Source: an uncultured bacterium (GTDB lineage Bacteria > Fidelibacterota > UBA2242). Taken from it: DNA of 64,000 bases. Made by a program: the position numbers and the translations under genes. The stretch lies in NCBI GenBank assembly GCA_964605705.1, contig CAZSDW010000001.1, positions 70,007 to 134,006 of the forward strand. The letters run 5' to 3'. Numbering within the stretch: the first letter of the stretch is position 1; each line of letters opens with the position of its first letter. Shown one piece after another: positions 50,884-61,147 of the stretch. A model generated the notes under the pieces. That model did no database searches. It saw only the letters and a list, made by a program, of their open reading frames with translations, and was not told the DNA's origin.

Positions 50884-52030
50884 TTTTTTAAACATCCTGT
50901 TTTTAGCAACTGCCGCGATATATGCCGGTTTCATCGTCTATTTTTTTGCAGGACTGAAGAAACTGGAAAATGATCCGCACACCGACTCACATAAAAGCCC
51001 GGGCTTTTCCGTTATTATTGCTGCGCGAAATGAAGAGGCGCATATCGAAAAAACGGTTCTGTCATTAGGCTCACAGAATTATCCTAAAAGCAGTTATGAA
51101 ATTATTGTTGTTAACGATCGTTCGACGGATAAGACAGCCGAGATATTAGAGAAGTTATCGATAAGAATTGAAAATCTACGTGTTTTGACAGTTGACCGTG
51201 TTCCGGATGGAATTTCTCCAAAGAAACACGCCTTGCGGTTAGCGGTGAAATACAGTCAATTTGATTGGATAATAACCACGGACGCCGACTGTCTCCTGAT
51301 GTCCGACTTCCTGAAAAGCTACAGCTCTTTAGTAACCGACAATCTCGGTGTCGCCAGCGGATTGACTCTTTTCCATCTGGATCAGTATCGCAACGGTTTT
51401 GAGGAACGCTGGCAGAAAATGCAAAATATCGAATTCATTTCCGAGCAGCTGGTATCTGCCGGAGCGATAGGGCACAATGTGGGATTTTCGGCGAATGGCG
51501 CCAATCTGATGTTTCGCAAAGGGCTGTATCACCGGCGCGAGGAAGATTCCCTGAAATCGAATGTTGTTTCCGGAGATGATTTTTTTCTGATTCAAACAGC
51601 TCATCGCCTGGGATATCAGTTAAAATTCAATTTTCACCCTGCATCGGTAGTTAAAACACTGCCGGTCAGGACCTTACGGGAATTGATAAATCAGCGGGCG
51701 CGTTGGGGATCGAAAGTTGGAATGGCATCCCGACCAGTGCTGATGTTTTCAATTAATACATTCGTTTATTATCTCGCCCTGAGCATTTATGGCGCCTTGA
51801 TGTTTTTTATCCCACGACTGGTCCCGGTGTTTCTTGTTTTATTGGGAGTAAAATTAATCTCAGATACCATCTATCTGATCCATGGGTACAAAAAACTAAA
51901 CCTGAAATTATCACCAACCTCCTATGTTTTAATGGCAATTTTACACGCGCCGTTTATTGTATTTTGTGTGTTGGTTGGAAATCTGTTTGGGTTTAGCTGG
52001 AAAGGGGAGCGGTACAAGTCCGCTTCCTGA
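50876..52030 (+). CDS. Family-2 glycosyltransferase, membrane-bound (ceramide-glucosyltransferase/HpnI-like, DxD + QxxRW)
   Basis: ATG at 50876 lies within an ATGATTGA overlap with the upstream stop. FSVIIAARNEE…DADC…QRARW. C-terminal TM helices. Confidence 0.7.
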   Translation: MIDFLNILFLATAAIYAGFIVYFFAGLKKLENDPHTDSHKSPGFSVIIAARNEEAHIEKTVLSLGSQNYPKSSYEIIVVNDRSTDKTAEILEKLSIRIENLRVLTVDRVPDGISPKKHALRLAVKYSQFDWIITTDADCLLMSDFLKSYSSLVTDNLGVASGLTLFHLDQYRNGFEERWQKMQNIEFISEQLVSAGAIGHNVGFSANGANLMFRKGLYHRREEDSLKSNVVSGDDFFLIQTAHRLGYQLKFNFHPASVVKTLPVRTLRELINQRARWGSKVGMASRPVLMFSINTFVYYLALSIYGALMFFIPRLVPVFLVLLGVKLISDTIYLIHGYKKLNLKLSPTSYVLMAILHAPFIVFCVLVGNLFGFSWKGERYKSAS

Positions 52031-52107
52031 CGCTCAACAATCGTTGGAAAAAATTAGTGCCGTTCTTTGGTTGACTTAATTTCCTGCGGGAAATCAGGCA
52101 GTTGCTT

Positions 52108-53475
52108 TTATAGAAGTATGATTGTTGCAATTGAAAAGTAAACAAGCATTCCGGTAATATCCAGTGAGGTTGTCACAATAGGACTGGTTGCAACTGCCGG
52201 ATCGACATTCAACCGTTGTAAAAGCATCGGCACCAGCGTTCCGAGAGTCGCGGCAACGAATAGCTCACAACATAAAGATACTCCGATGACCATTCCAATT
52301 AACAGGATGTTATGGGTGGCAGAATAAAAGACATTTGAAAATAGCGCCAGCAGCAGACCGAATGTGATCCCGAGAATAATACCGATCAGCATCTGCCTGA
52401 AAAGCACCCGAAATATTTGTTGAAAATTGACTCTGCCGGTTGCGAGCCCCCGTACAATGATGGTAGAAGATTGTGATCCCACATTTCCACCCATACCAGC
52501 CACAATCGGCATGAATGCCGCCAGGATTACAAATTTATCTAGAAGACCGTGAAAACTGACGACAATTGCCGAGACGATTAAACCCCCTACAAAGGTGGCA
52601 AAGAGCCAGGGGAACCTGATTCTGGCAGCTTGAATCGGAGTTTTCAGTAAAATATCGCGATCTTTACCAACGCCTGCCATCTGGAGAAAGTCTTCGGTGG
52701 CTTCTTCCCGGATGACATCGATAATATCATCCACGGTAACGATTCCCAGCAATTGGCGATCCCGATCGATGACCGGAATGGCGAGAAAATTGTAACGACT
52801 GATAATCCGCGCGACTTCTTCCTGATCCGTATCCGGCTGAACCGTGATCAGCTTTGTAATCATGACATTTTTAAGAATGGTTTCCGGAGGCACCATTAAA
52901 AGCTGTCGAAGAGAAATAACGCCGGACAGTTTATCATTTTCATCGACCACATAGATATAGAATACCATCTCTACATCTTTTTGTTCATGAATGGCGTCAA
53001 TGGCTTCCTGAACCGTATCCTGTTCATTCATCTTATATGGCAAGGGAACCATGATACCACCTGCGGTATCAGGCTGATACTTCAGCAGCTCTTCGATATC
53101 TTCTGAATCGGCACTGCTCATTAGATTGAGTACCTCTTTGCCGAGCGCTTCGGGGAGTTGCGCCAGGAGATCTGCCTGATCATCGGGCGCCATTTCGCTG
53201 AGCAGCTCCGCGATATGTTTCGGGGTCATTCCTTCAAGTAATCCGATCAGGATGGATGGATCCAATTCCGGCAGGAATTCGGCTTTATAAGCTCGATCGG
53301 AGATGAGATCAAATACGGTCTCTCGCTCAATTTCCGTGAAAGATCTGAAAAGGGCAGCCAAGTCTGCCGGGTGAGTTTTCACGATCATTTTTAATGTGTT
53401 TGAGCGGGCATTTCGGCGTATTAATCGCCGGAATGCGTCCAGCAGGATAATAAATTCGCGATCCATCATAAACAC
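52108..53475 (-). CDS. mgtE: Magnesium transporter MgtE
   Basis: MgtE_N, tandem CBS and C-terminal TM domain with GNVGSQS. Confidence 0.85.
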   Translation of the reverse strand: MFMMDREFIILLDAFRRLIRRNARSNTLKMIVKTHPADLAALFRSFTEIERETVFDLISDRAYKAEFLPELDPSILIGLLEGMTPKHIAELLSEMAPDDQADLLAQLPEALGKEVLNLMSSADSEDIEELLKYQPDTAGGIMVPLPYKMNEQDTVQEAIDAIHEQKDVEMVFYIYVVDENDKLSGVISLRQLLMVPPETILKNVMITKLITVQPDTDQEEVARIISRYNFLAIPVIDRDRQLLGIVTVDDIIDVIREEATEDFLQMAGVGKDRDILLKTPIQAARIRFPWLFATFVGGLIVSAIVVSFHGLLDKFVILAAFMPIVAGMGGNVGSQSSTIIVRGLATGRVNFQQIFRVLFRQMLIGIILGITFGLLLALFSNVFYSATHNILLIGMVIGVSLCCELFVAATLGTLVPMLLQRLNVDPAVATSPIVTTSLDITGMLVYFSIATIILL

Positions 53476-53490
53476 CTCCGGATCAAAGAA

Positions 53491-54342
53491 TTAGCTATCT
53501 GAGTTCGGTGGACTGCCGTATAAATCTTCGATAAATACAGCGTCCCTATTATTCACAATCGGGGTTATGCGAATAAACCAGCGTAACCCCCAAATGAGTA
53601 AGACAAGCCCAAGTATCAGAACGATTGGGGAAACGTGTCCTTTGAATTCATACCATTGCAAGCTGCCCTCCGGCTGGTGTGTAAACCAGACGGCGACGCC
53701 GTTATTAATCGCATGGATGACAAATGAAATCCAGATAGAATTGGTGCGCCAGGCAACATATCCCATGAAAACACCGATGATGTAAATCTGTACGACCCAC
53801 CACGGATTAAAGTGAATAATGGCAAAAGTCAAAGCCGAATAGAGAACCGATTTTGTTATATCATTAAGCCGATATTCGAGAATACGCTGGAAAAATCCGC
53901 GGAATATCAGTTCTTCCACAAAGGGTGCGACCAGCACGACGACACCAATAATAAAGATAGCTGATAGTGGTCCGGTAATGGTCATCATTTCCTGGATTTT
54001 TGTAAATTGATCCGGGGTGCTAATGATCATCTGGGCAATTCGATCCATTTCATCGGTCAGGATTGTCAAACCCAGCGCGATTGGAATAGCGGCTAAAATA
54101 GTATGGATCGAAACCGGGCGGATTCTGAACATTTCTCGCAAATCGTTTTGAGCCCGGCGCGCCCAGAGGAAAATGGGGATTGGCAAAAAGAGCTCGCCAA
54201 TGAGCAACCCAATTTGCGCAATGGTCAGTTCATTGACAGTTGGAAACGATATTATTATGAAAACGGTAGCAATAGAGGCTAATAAAAGTCCATAAACCAT
54301 TAATACTATAGCGGTTTTAATTTGTGGAATTATATTAAACAT
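53491..54342 (-). CDS. CPBP-family intramembrane metalloprotease (CAAX protease-like)
   Basis: EELIFRGF…FAIIHF…H motifs. Confidence 0.75.
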   Translation of the reverse strand: MFNIIPQIKTAIVLMVYGLLLASIATVFIIISFPTVNELTIAQIGLLIGELFLPIPIFLWARRAQNDLREMFRIRPVSIHTILAAIPIALGLTILTDEMDRIAQMIISTPDQFTKIQEMMTITGPLSAIFIIGVVVLVAPFVEELIFRGFFQRILEYRLNDITKSVLYSALTFAIIHFNPWWVVQIYIIGVFMGYVAWRTNSIWISFVIHAINNGVAVWFTHQPEGSLQWYEFKGHVSPIVLILGLVLLIWGLRWFIRITPIVNNRDAVFIEDLYGSPPNSDS

Positions 54343-54447
54343 TATAAGGTTTTATCGTGTTAAAAGGCGAGAGAATTTAGAGAGATGGCTCGCTAAAGTC
54401 AAGGTATTCGGAAGCTAAATAGCGCGCGTTATTCCGGATTATTGGTC

Positions 54448-54972
54448 TTATTTCCCCGATAATTTTTTGAAGATATTTCGGATGATTTCGTTGTCGGTTT
54501 CTTTATAACCACTCTTATAAAGTTCTACGTTGCCGTCGGGATTTATGGCAACCAGTGTAGGGGTCACACGGGCAAAATAATTTTCAGAAATTTTTCCATA
54601 GCGATCCAGCAGCACCGGGAGCGTGTATCCCTTGGCTTCCACGAATTTTTTGACGGTTTCATTGTCCTCCCCGACATCTACGAGGAATATACTCAGGTCA
54701 GGATATTCTTTGCTAAGAGAATGTAAAAAGGGGATTTCTTTACGGCACGGGATACAGGAAGTGGAGAAAAACGATAAAATGACCGGGCCCTTCAGCTGGG
54801 AACGTGCCCGGTTGCCAGTGTAGCGACTCAGGAAAAAATCGTCTCCGTCCAGGGTTTTGGCATAGCAGCCCGGTGCCGCTGAGCCGACCTCTAAACCCGG
54901 CATATCTACTGAAGTGGAATCTGCAAACAGAATAACCGATGACAGCATTAAAAAAAGACAAAGTTTACGCAT
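54448..54972 (-). CDS. TlpA-like thioredoxin-fold thiol:disulfide oxidoreductase, secreted
   Basis: Signal peptide. CIPC active site (FSTSCIPCRKE). Confidence 0.7.
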   Translation of the reverse strand: MRKLCLFLMLSSVILFADSTSVDMPGLEVGSAAPGCYAKTLDGDDFFLSRYTGNRARSQLKGPVILSFFSTSCIPCRKEIPFLHSLSKEYPDLSIFLVDVGEDNETVKKFVEAKGYTLPVLLDRYGKISENYFARVTPTLVAINPDGNVELYKSGYKETDNEIIRNIFKKLSGK

Positions 54973-54973
54973 T

Positions 54974-55795
54974 CTAATGACTCCTTTTTATACGATGTAA
55001 TTCATGAATTAAAATTCCTGCCGATACAGCGAGGTTCAGTGATTCACCGGATCCAATCCGTGGAATTCCGACCGTGAAATTTGATTTATTGAGAATAGAA
55101 TTCGAAAGCCCGTGACTTTCGCTGCCTAAAACGAGCAGCCAGCGTGTCGTGGCGATTTTATCTGGCGGCTCGCCGCGGGTATCCGCCGTTATCAGATCGA
55201 TGTGATTATTTGCCGCAATTGTCTGAATAAAATCAAATGGTATTTCTTGCCAGATTGCCATTCGAAACAGAGCGCCCATTGATCCCCGAACGACTTTAGG
55301 AGAAAACGGATCGACACAGCCGGGTGATAAAAAGATGTTTTGAATTCCAAACCAATCGGCGGTTCTGAGAATTGTACCCAGGTTTCCCGGATCATTGATT
55401 TCCCAGAGATATATCGCTGAAGAAAAATCTGTGATAATTTCTGTGGATTGCATTTCCGGTATAATCCCGGTGGCAATTATACCTTCCGGATTTTTAAGTG
55501 ATGAAACAAAGTTAATATCCGACGGTGAAACGGATTTTAATACGCATTCCGGTCTCAAGGCAGATTGGACATATGACAAGGTATGGTCAGAAATAGTATC
55601 GCTGTAGAAGATGCTTTCGAGGGGGAATTGGCTGTCGACAGCTTCTTTGACGAGTTTTTCGCCCTCAAGCAGGAAGCGTTTGTGCGAATAACGGTACTTT
55701 TTCTGATGAAGGGATTTTAGAAACTGGCGTTCTGCTTTTGTCATTGTCCGGAGCATTGATTGCGTCATATCTTCAAAATAATTACAGTGGATCAT
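54974..55795 (-). CDS. TrmH/SpoU-family rRNA 2'-O-methyltransferase (RlmB-like)
   Basis: SpoU substrate-binding N-domain plus …WLLVLGSESHGLS… C-terminal motif. True start may lie a few codons downstream. Confidence 0.7.
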   Translation of the reverse strand: MIHCNYFEDMTQSMLRTMTKAERQFLKSLHQKKYRYSHKRFLLEGEKLVKEAVDSQFPLESIFYSDTISDHTLSYVQSALRPECVLKSVSPSDINFVSSLKNPEGIIATGIIPEMQSTEIITDFSSAIYLWEINDPGNLGTILRTADWFGIQNIFLSPGCVDPFSPKVVRGSMGALFRMAIWQEIPFDFIQTIAANNHIDLITADTRGEPPDKIATTRWLLVLGSESHGLSNSILNKSNFTVGIPRIGSGESLNLAVSAGILIHELHRIKRSH

Positions 55796-55896
55796 TTACC
55801 CAGTGGTTAAGTTATTCAACCACGGCAAATGTTACAAGGATCGACTTTATACTCTTGGAAAAAATTGGCGGAATATTTGAAAAAGCGATAGGCTGA

Positions 55897-55927
55897 TATA
55901 AAAACGCCCCCGTTTGAAAGGAGCGTT
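55897..55927 (-). terminator. Hairpin terminator after the TPR gene (AACGCTCC…GGGGGCGTT + T-tract on minus strand)
   Basis: Read from sequence: aaaaacgcccccgtttgaaaggagcgtttt. Confidence 0.5.
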
Positions 55928-55973
55928 TTGTCGATAATTGGTAATTGAAAAAATTTAAAGCTGTCAGTCCGGT

Positions 55974-57632
55974 TTATTTTGCTTTTTCCAGTTTCTTCAG
56001 CAATTTCAAGGCGCGACTTTCACCCTTGGTTCCCGGAAAATTATTGATGATCAGATTAAGTGTTTCTATGGTTTTATCCTGATCACTCAATTGGTCGTTA
56101 TAAATTTTTACGGTTTGTTCAAGTGCCGCAAGAGCGTTTTCGGCATCAGGGTATTTTTCGAAAATGCTCATGTATTGCGTAATTGCAGCAGTGTACTGTT
56201 TCTGGCGGTAGTATAAATCACCGGCTGACATGATTGCTTTGTGGGCTCCGGGATTGCCGGGAAAATGTTCATCGATCGACAGGTATGTTTCGACAGCAGG
56301 ATCGGTTTGATTCATTTGGTCTGCGAGGATCTCTGCCCGGCGCACTAAAGCGGAAATACATAACTTCGATTTGCCATTCGCGCGGAAAAGATCGGCACAT
56401 ACCTGATATTCTGCGCTGGCTTTCTCCCAGTTTTTCAGCTTTTCATCAGCAATTTTTGCAATATGCATATGAGCGTAGGCGGTCAGGGTATCTTCAGGAA
56501 ATTTTTCAATGAATTTGTAGAATGTCTCAATTGCCAGGTTGTGTTCAACAAACTCCTGCTCCTGTAACAGGGCGGTTCTGTATAAAGCGGTTACCATTTC
56601 GGGGCTTTTGGGATAGAAGATCATGAGCCGGTGATAGGTGATGTAGGCGCTTTGGGGACGGCCTTGTTCTGTGTATGTTTCGGCGATCCACTGGCATACT
56701 TTGGATGCCTGGCTTGAAAATGGATAAAGTTCCAAATATTTATCGGCTTCCAGAGTAAACTTAGCCTTGATGGCGGGATCGGGAAATTCTTTGATAAGTT
56801 CGATAAATTTGAAATATCGGACGTCAATTTTGGGATATGCCGGGGTAGTATTGACTATATTTAATAAAAATTCCGAATAATTTTTATAGGCTTTTTCCGT
56901 CTCAAAAATCTTGGCGCGGATGGTCCGAATCTCTTCGAGCATTGGTGAATCTTGATATAAGAAGATGAATTTTATTATGGATAACTCAGCATTTGTCCAA
57001 TCCTTTTGACGAAGATAAAGCTGGGTCAAATAATCCTGGATGGAATCACAACGCGCTTCCGGGTAAAAACGATCAAGATACTTTTCCAGTTTCTTTACCT
57101 GGAACGGATGAATGTCCTCAATTTCAGAAGATAAGAGGAATCCTTCTTTGGTTTTGGCTTCCTGGCGTTTCAGAAATTTTTCATAGTTAAAGTACTTTGC
57201 CTCCAGAATAAGATCGTAACCATGTCCGATATCCTCCAGGATTGGTGAGCGTACACTCAGCTCGTCAAGACGGACATTTAAAATCCGGAGACTGTCTTCC
57301 AGCGCCTGCTTTTCAACGGCACTTTGATTCAGTATGTCGACGATTTGATTGTTAAAGAGAGTCGCAAGGGAATCTTTCTGCTCCATAAAAGATTCTTCAT
57401 AGATCAATTGGAGAGAATCGATGATAAACTGACGAAGCGTTGGTGTGTCACCCAGCGCTTGCTTTTCAACCGATTGCTGAAGTTCAATGTCGGGTTTTCC
57501 CGCGAGCGTGTCGATCATGCTGTCAAGACTATCCGTTTGTCCGCCGGCAGATATTATAAAAAGAAAAATTAAAAGCGACAGAAAGAATGATCTGATTGGT
57601 ACATGTTTATCTTTGAGCATTTTCATAAACAA
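55974..57632 (-). CDS. Tetratricopeptide-repeat protein with N-terminal signal/anchor
   Basis: Hydrophobic N-terminus FFLSLLIFLFIISAGG. Multiple TPR units. Confidence 0.6.
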   Translation of the reverse strand: MFMKMLKDKHVPIRSFFLSLLIFLFIISAGGQTDSLDSMIDTLAGKPDIELQQSVEKQALGDTPTLRQFIIDSLQLIYEESFMEQKDSLATLFNNQIVDILNQSAVEKQALEDSLRILNVRLDELSVRSPILEDIGHGYDLILEAKYFNYEKFLKRQEAKTKEGFLLSSEIEDIHPFQVKKLEKYLDRFYPEARCDSIQDYLTQLYLRQKDWTNAELSIIKFIFLYQDSPMLEEIRTIRAKIFETEKAYKNYSEFLLNIVNTTPAYPKIDVRYFKFIELIKEFPDPAIKAKFTLEADKYLELYPFSSQASKVCQWIAETYTEQGRPQSAYITYHRLMIFYPKSPEMVTALYRTALLQEQEFVEHNLAIETFYKFIEKFPEDTLTAYAHMHIAKIADEKLKNWEKASAEYQVCADLFRANGKSKLCISALVRRAEILADQMNQTDPAVETYLSIDEHFPGNPGAHKAIMSAGDLYYRQKQYTAAITQYMSIFEKYPDAENALAALEQTVKIYNDQLSDQDKTIETLNLIINNFPGTKGESRALKLLKKLEKAK

Positions 57633-57883
57633 CCTCTTTTTATGTGTCTATATATTATATAAAATTCCCATTTTAAAAAGCAGTTAAAAACTCGGACGAA
57701 ACCTCTAAACCGAAACCTAAGTTAAAAAAAATAATAAAAAAAAACACTATTTGTTGTACGGTTCATGCAAATAAACAACCTAAAAATTGGATAATCGGTG
57801 AAATCAGATAGTTGTTTGATAAAAACCTTTAATTTTTTAAATAGTATCTGCAACTTAAGCATTGATGATTTTAAGGAATTGCT

Positions 57884-58813
57884 ATGCCTCAATTTCCTGA
57901 GCCGCTGGTTCCGGGTGCCACGATCGGCGTTATTGCGCCCTCCAGTGCCGCCGGGCGTAATCCGGTGAAAAAGGGAATCGCCTACCTTGAACAACAGGGG
58001 TATCGTGTGGTCGTCGCGCCCAACCTGACCCGCGGTAAATATTATTTGGCTGGTGATGATTCGCTGCGGCTTCACTGGCTTGAATGCTTTCTTCAGGACA
58101 GGGAAATTGATGGAATCATAGCGGTCCGAGGTGGCTATGGGCTTTTGCGGATAATTGATAAAATCGACTTTAGAAAACTTGAGGGAAAAGCGCCAAAAGT
58201 GATTATCGGCTATTCAGATCTAACAGCACTCCAACTGGCATTACTAAAGAAACTTGACTGGATTAGCTATTCAGGTCCTATGCTGGCTGCTGATATGGGG
58301 CAGGATTTTTCCGGTTTTTCGGAGCAATGGTTGTGGAAGGTGATCAAAGAGCACCCATATCCGCTGGTCCTTAAAAACCCGCCGAATGAAAAAATGATTG
58401 TTTATCGACATGGGACTGCCTCGGGTCCTTTAATTGGCGCTTGTCTGTCTCTGCTGGCGCCTCTTCTGGGCACTGACTACATGCCGGTGCTTGATGGTGC
58501 GATCCTGGTTCTTGAAGATATAGGCGAAAAGACCTATCGCCTGGACCGGCTTTTTCAAACGCTGAAATTACATGGCGTTTTTGAAAAAATATCGGGACTG
58601 ATTCTCGGACATTTTGTGAAATGCTTTCCGAAAAATCCGGCGTGGTCCTTCATGCTTCCGGATCTGTTGGATGATTTAATCGGTGCTTACAGATTTCCGG
58701 TGATTATGAATTTTGCCTATGGGCATATTACCCACCGGCTGACGCTGCCAATTGGTGCCCCGGTTCAAATGACAACCACTCCCCCGAAGGTCACGATTTT
58801 AAAACCCGTATAA
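57884..58813 (+). CDS. ldcA: LD-carboxypeptidase (S66 family, muramoyltetrapeptide carboxypeptidase)
   Basis: …GYSDLTAL… Ser nucleophile context and C-terminal His/Glu region. 309 aa. Confidence 0.75.
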   Translation: MPQFPEPLVPGATIGVIAPSSAAGRNPVKKGIAYLEQQGYRVVVAPNLTRGKYYLAGDDSLRLHWLECFLQDREIDGIIAVRGGYGLLRIIDKIDFRKLEGKAPKVIIGYSDLTALQLALLKKLDWISYSGPMLAADMGQDFSGFSEQWLWKVIKEHPYPLVLKNPPNEKMIVYRHGTASGPLIGACLSLLAPLLGTDYMPVLDGAILVLEDIGEKTYRLDRLFQTLKLHGVFEKISGLILGHFVKCFPKNPAWSFMLPDLLDDLIGAYRFPVIMNFAYGHITHRLTLPIGAPVQMTTTPPKVTILKPV

Positions 58814-58941
58814 TTGTTGGCATAATACTTGATAAAACTTAGCATGATTTTTCATAAATAGTTAACTATCAAAAGAGCACCGTCTTATTGTCTAAAACAT
58901 TTGGCTGATATTTCTCATTAAATAAAAAATGGTATTCAGTT

Positions 58942-59157
58942 ATGGTAAAAATTTCTGAAATAACAATAAATGAGCAGTGGTGTAAGAGCTGTGAAATCTG
59001 TGTCAATTTTTGTCCCAAAAAAGTCTATGACATGGGGCGATTTTACCCGGTTGTTGCCAGACCGGATGACTGTATAGCATGTAAACTCTGCGAGAAGCTG
59101 TGTCCGGATTTTGCCATTAAAGTCGAGCTACTGGAACAACCCGGTGATAAGAAATAG
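58942..59157 (+). CDS. korD: 2-oxoacid:ferredoxin oxidoreductase delta subunit (2x[4Fe-4S] ferredoxin)
   Basis: CKSCEICVNFCP…CIACKLCEKLCP. Confidence 0.8.
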   Translation: MVKISEITINEQWCKSCEICVNFCPKKVYDMGRFYPVVARPDDCIACKLCEKLCPDFAIKVELLEQPGDKK

Positions 59158-59171
59158 AATTGGGAGTATAG

Positions 59172-60314
59172 GTGAAAGAGGCTAATTCAACCGTTCGAAT
59201 GTTACAGGGGAATGTTGCCTGTGCCGAAGGTGCGATTGCAGCGGGGTGTCGTTTTTTTGCCGGATATCCCATTACACCATCATCAGAAATAGCCGAAGTA
59301 CTGGCGCAACGGCTGCCCGCAGAGGATGGCGCATTCATCCAGATGGAGGATGAGATTTCCGCGATGGGTGCGATCATTGGTGCTTCCCTGGCAGGAGCAA
59401 AAAGTATGACCGCCACCAGTGGTCCCGGGTTTTCGCTTAAACAGGAAAACATCGGTTTTGCGGCAATGGCGGAAGTGCCCTGTGTGATTGTGGATGTTCA
59501 ACGCGGCGGTCCCAGTACCGGGTTACCGACGAACTCTGCCCAGGGCGATATTATGCAGGCGCGCTGGGGCACCCATGGTGACCACCCCATTATTGCGCTG
59601 ACCCCAAGTTCAGTCCGGGAAACCTACGATATGACTATCCGGGCGTTTAACCTGGCGGAGAAATTACGAACGCCGGTGATTCTTTTAACTGATGAAATCA
59701 TTGGGCACCTGACAGAAAAGGTTGAAATCCCGGATCATTCCTCGATTGAGATTATAAACCGGAAAAAACCGGATGTTGCTCCGGAAAAGTACCTGCCCTA
59801 TGAAATTAATGCAACGAAAATACCCGCTATGGCAAATTTTGGTGACGGGTACCGTTATCATGTGACCGGGCTGGTGCATGATGAAACCGGTTTTCCGACG
59901 AATAATCCCGATAAGATTCAGATGCAGCTGGAACGACTGAACCAGAAGATAGACTTTTATCGGGACGAGATTGTGGATATTGAAACGGTATTTACTGATG
60001 AAATGGATATTCTGGTTATTTCTTTTGGCTCGACAGCCCGCTCGGCAAGACGCGCGGTTATTAATGCTCGGGAAAATGGAATTAAAGCCGGATTGATGCG
60101 ATTGAAAACGATCTGGCCATTTCCCGATAAGGAAATCGAGGCTATCTATAAAACCGCAAAGAAAATTATTGTTGCGGAAATGAATCTTGGACAACTGGCA
60201 CATGAGGTTGAATGGGCGACCAGACGAGAAAAGCCGGTGATCCGGGTGAATAAAATTAATGGGGAAGCCATTACGCCAAGCGATATTTATAAAGCAATTC
60301 TCGCAGAGGATTAA
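59172..60314 (+). CDS. korA: 2-oxoacid (2-oxoglutarate/pyruvate/2-ketoisovalerate):ferredoxin oxidoreductase alpha subunit
   Basis: …GNVACAEGAIAAGCRFFAGYPITPSSEI… canonical alpha N-terminus. Confidence 0.85.
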   Translation: MKEANSTVRMLQGNVACAEGAIAAGCRFFAGYPITPSSEIAEVLAQRLPAEDGAFIQMEDEISAMGAIIGASLAGAKSMTATSGPGFSLKQENIGFAAMAEVPCVIVDVQRGGPSTGLPTNSAQGDIMQARWGTHGDHPIIALTPSSVRETYDMTIRAFNLAEKLRTPVILLTDEIIGHLTEKVEIPDHSSIEIINRKKPDVAPEKYLPYEINATKIPAMANFGDGYRYHVTGLVHDETGFPTNNPDKIQMQLERLNQKIDFYRDEIVDIETVFTDEMDILVISFGSTARSARRAVINARENGIKAGLMRLKTIWPFPDKEIEAIYKTAKKIIVAEMNLGQLAHEVEWATRREKPVIRVNKINGEAITPSDIYKAILAED

Positions 60315-60316
60315 TA

Positions 60317-61123
60317 ATGGATTATTTGGATTATCTTCGCCAGGATAAAATGCCTCACATCTGGTGTGACGGCTGTGGTAACGGAATTATTTTAAAATCG
60401 ATACTAAGAGTAATTGATAAACTTGGCTGGAAAAAGGATGATATTGCCCTGGTTTCCGGGATAGGCTGCTCCAGCCGCACGCCGGGTTATGTGGATTTTA
60501 ATACATTACACACCACGCATGGCAGGGCGCTAGCATTTGCGACGGGTATAAAAATAGCGAAGCCGAAACTGCATGTAATAGTTGTCAGTGGCGATGGGGA
60601 TGCAACTGCCATTGGGGGCAATCATTTTATTCATGCCGCCCGAAGGAATATTGATATAACCATGATCATATTTAATAATTTTATTTATGGCATGACCGGG
60701 GGACAGGTGTCCCCCACAACACCGACAGAAAAGATGGCGTCCACAACCCCCTATGGGAATCCCGATGCGCCTTTTGATATCAGCCGTCTGGCGCAATCCG
60801 CCGGTGCTGTTTATGTCGCGCGCACGACCGTCTATCATGTCGGCAAGATGGACAGATATATTGAGCAGGCGATGTGTAAGACCGGATTTTCTGTCGTCGA
60901 GGTTTTGACACCGTGCCCGACATCCTACGGGCGTCGCAATAAAGAGGGACGCGGTGTTGATATGCTGATGTACCAAAAACACAATGCAGTTGATCTGGAA
61001 CGTGCGCGAAAGATGACGCCTGCCGATTTATCCGGAAAATTGATTACGGGAGTATTTGTAGATAAGGAGCAAGATAGTTATCTTCAGCGGTATGGTGACG
61101 TCATTATTAAAGCTAAAAATTAG
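60317..61123 (+). CDS. korB: 2-oxoacid:ferredoxin oxidoreductase beta subunit (TPP-binding)
   Basis: WCDGCGNG…GIGCS…GDGD TPP-binding motifs. Confidence 0.85.
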   Translation: MDYLDYLRQDKMPHIWCDGCGNGIILKSILRVIDKLGWKKDDIALVSGIGCSSRTPGYVDFNTLHTTHGRALAFATGIKIAKPKLHVIVVSGDGDATAIGGNHFIHAARRNIDITMIIFNNFIYGMTGGQVSPTTPTEKMASTTPYGNPDAPFDISRLAQSAGAVYVARTTVYHVGKMDRYIEQAMCKTGFSVVEVLTPCPTSYGRRNKEGRGVDMLMYQKHNAVDLERARKMTPADLSGKLITGVFVDKEQDSYLQRYGDVIIKAKN

Positions 61124-61147
61124 TAAGTAATAAGGATTGGAGATAAG

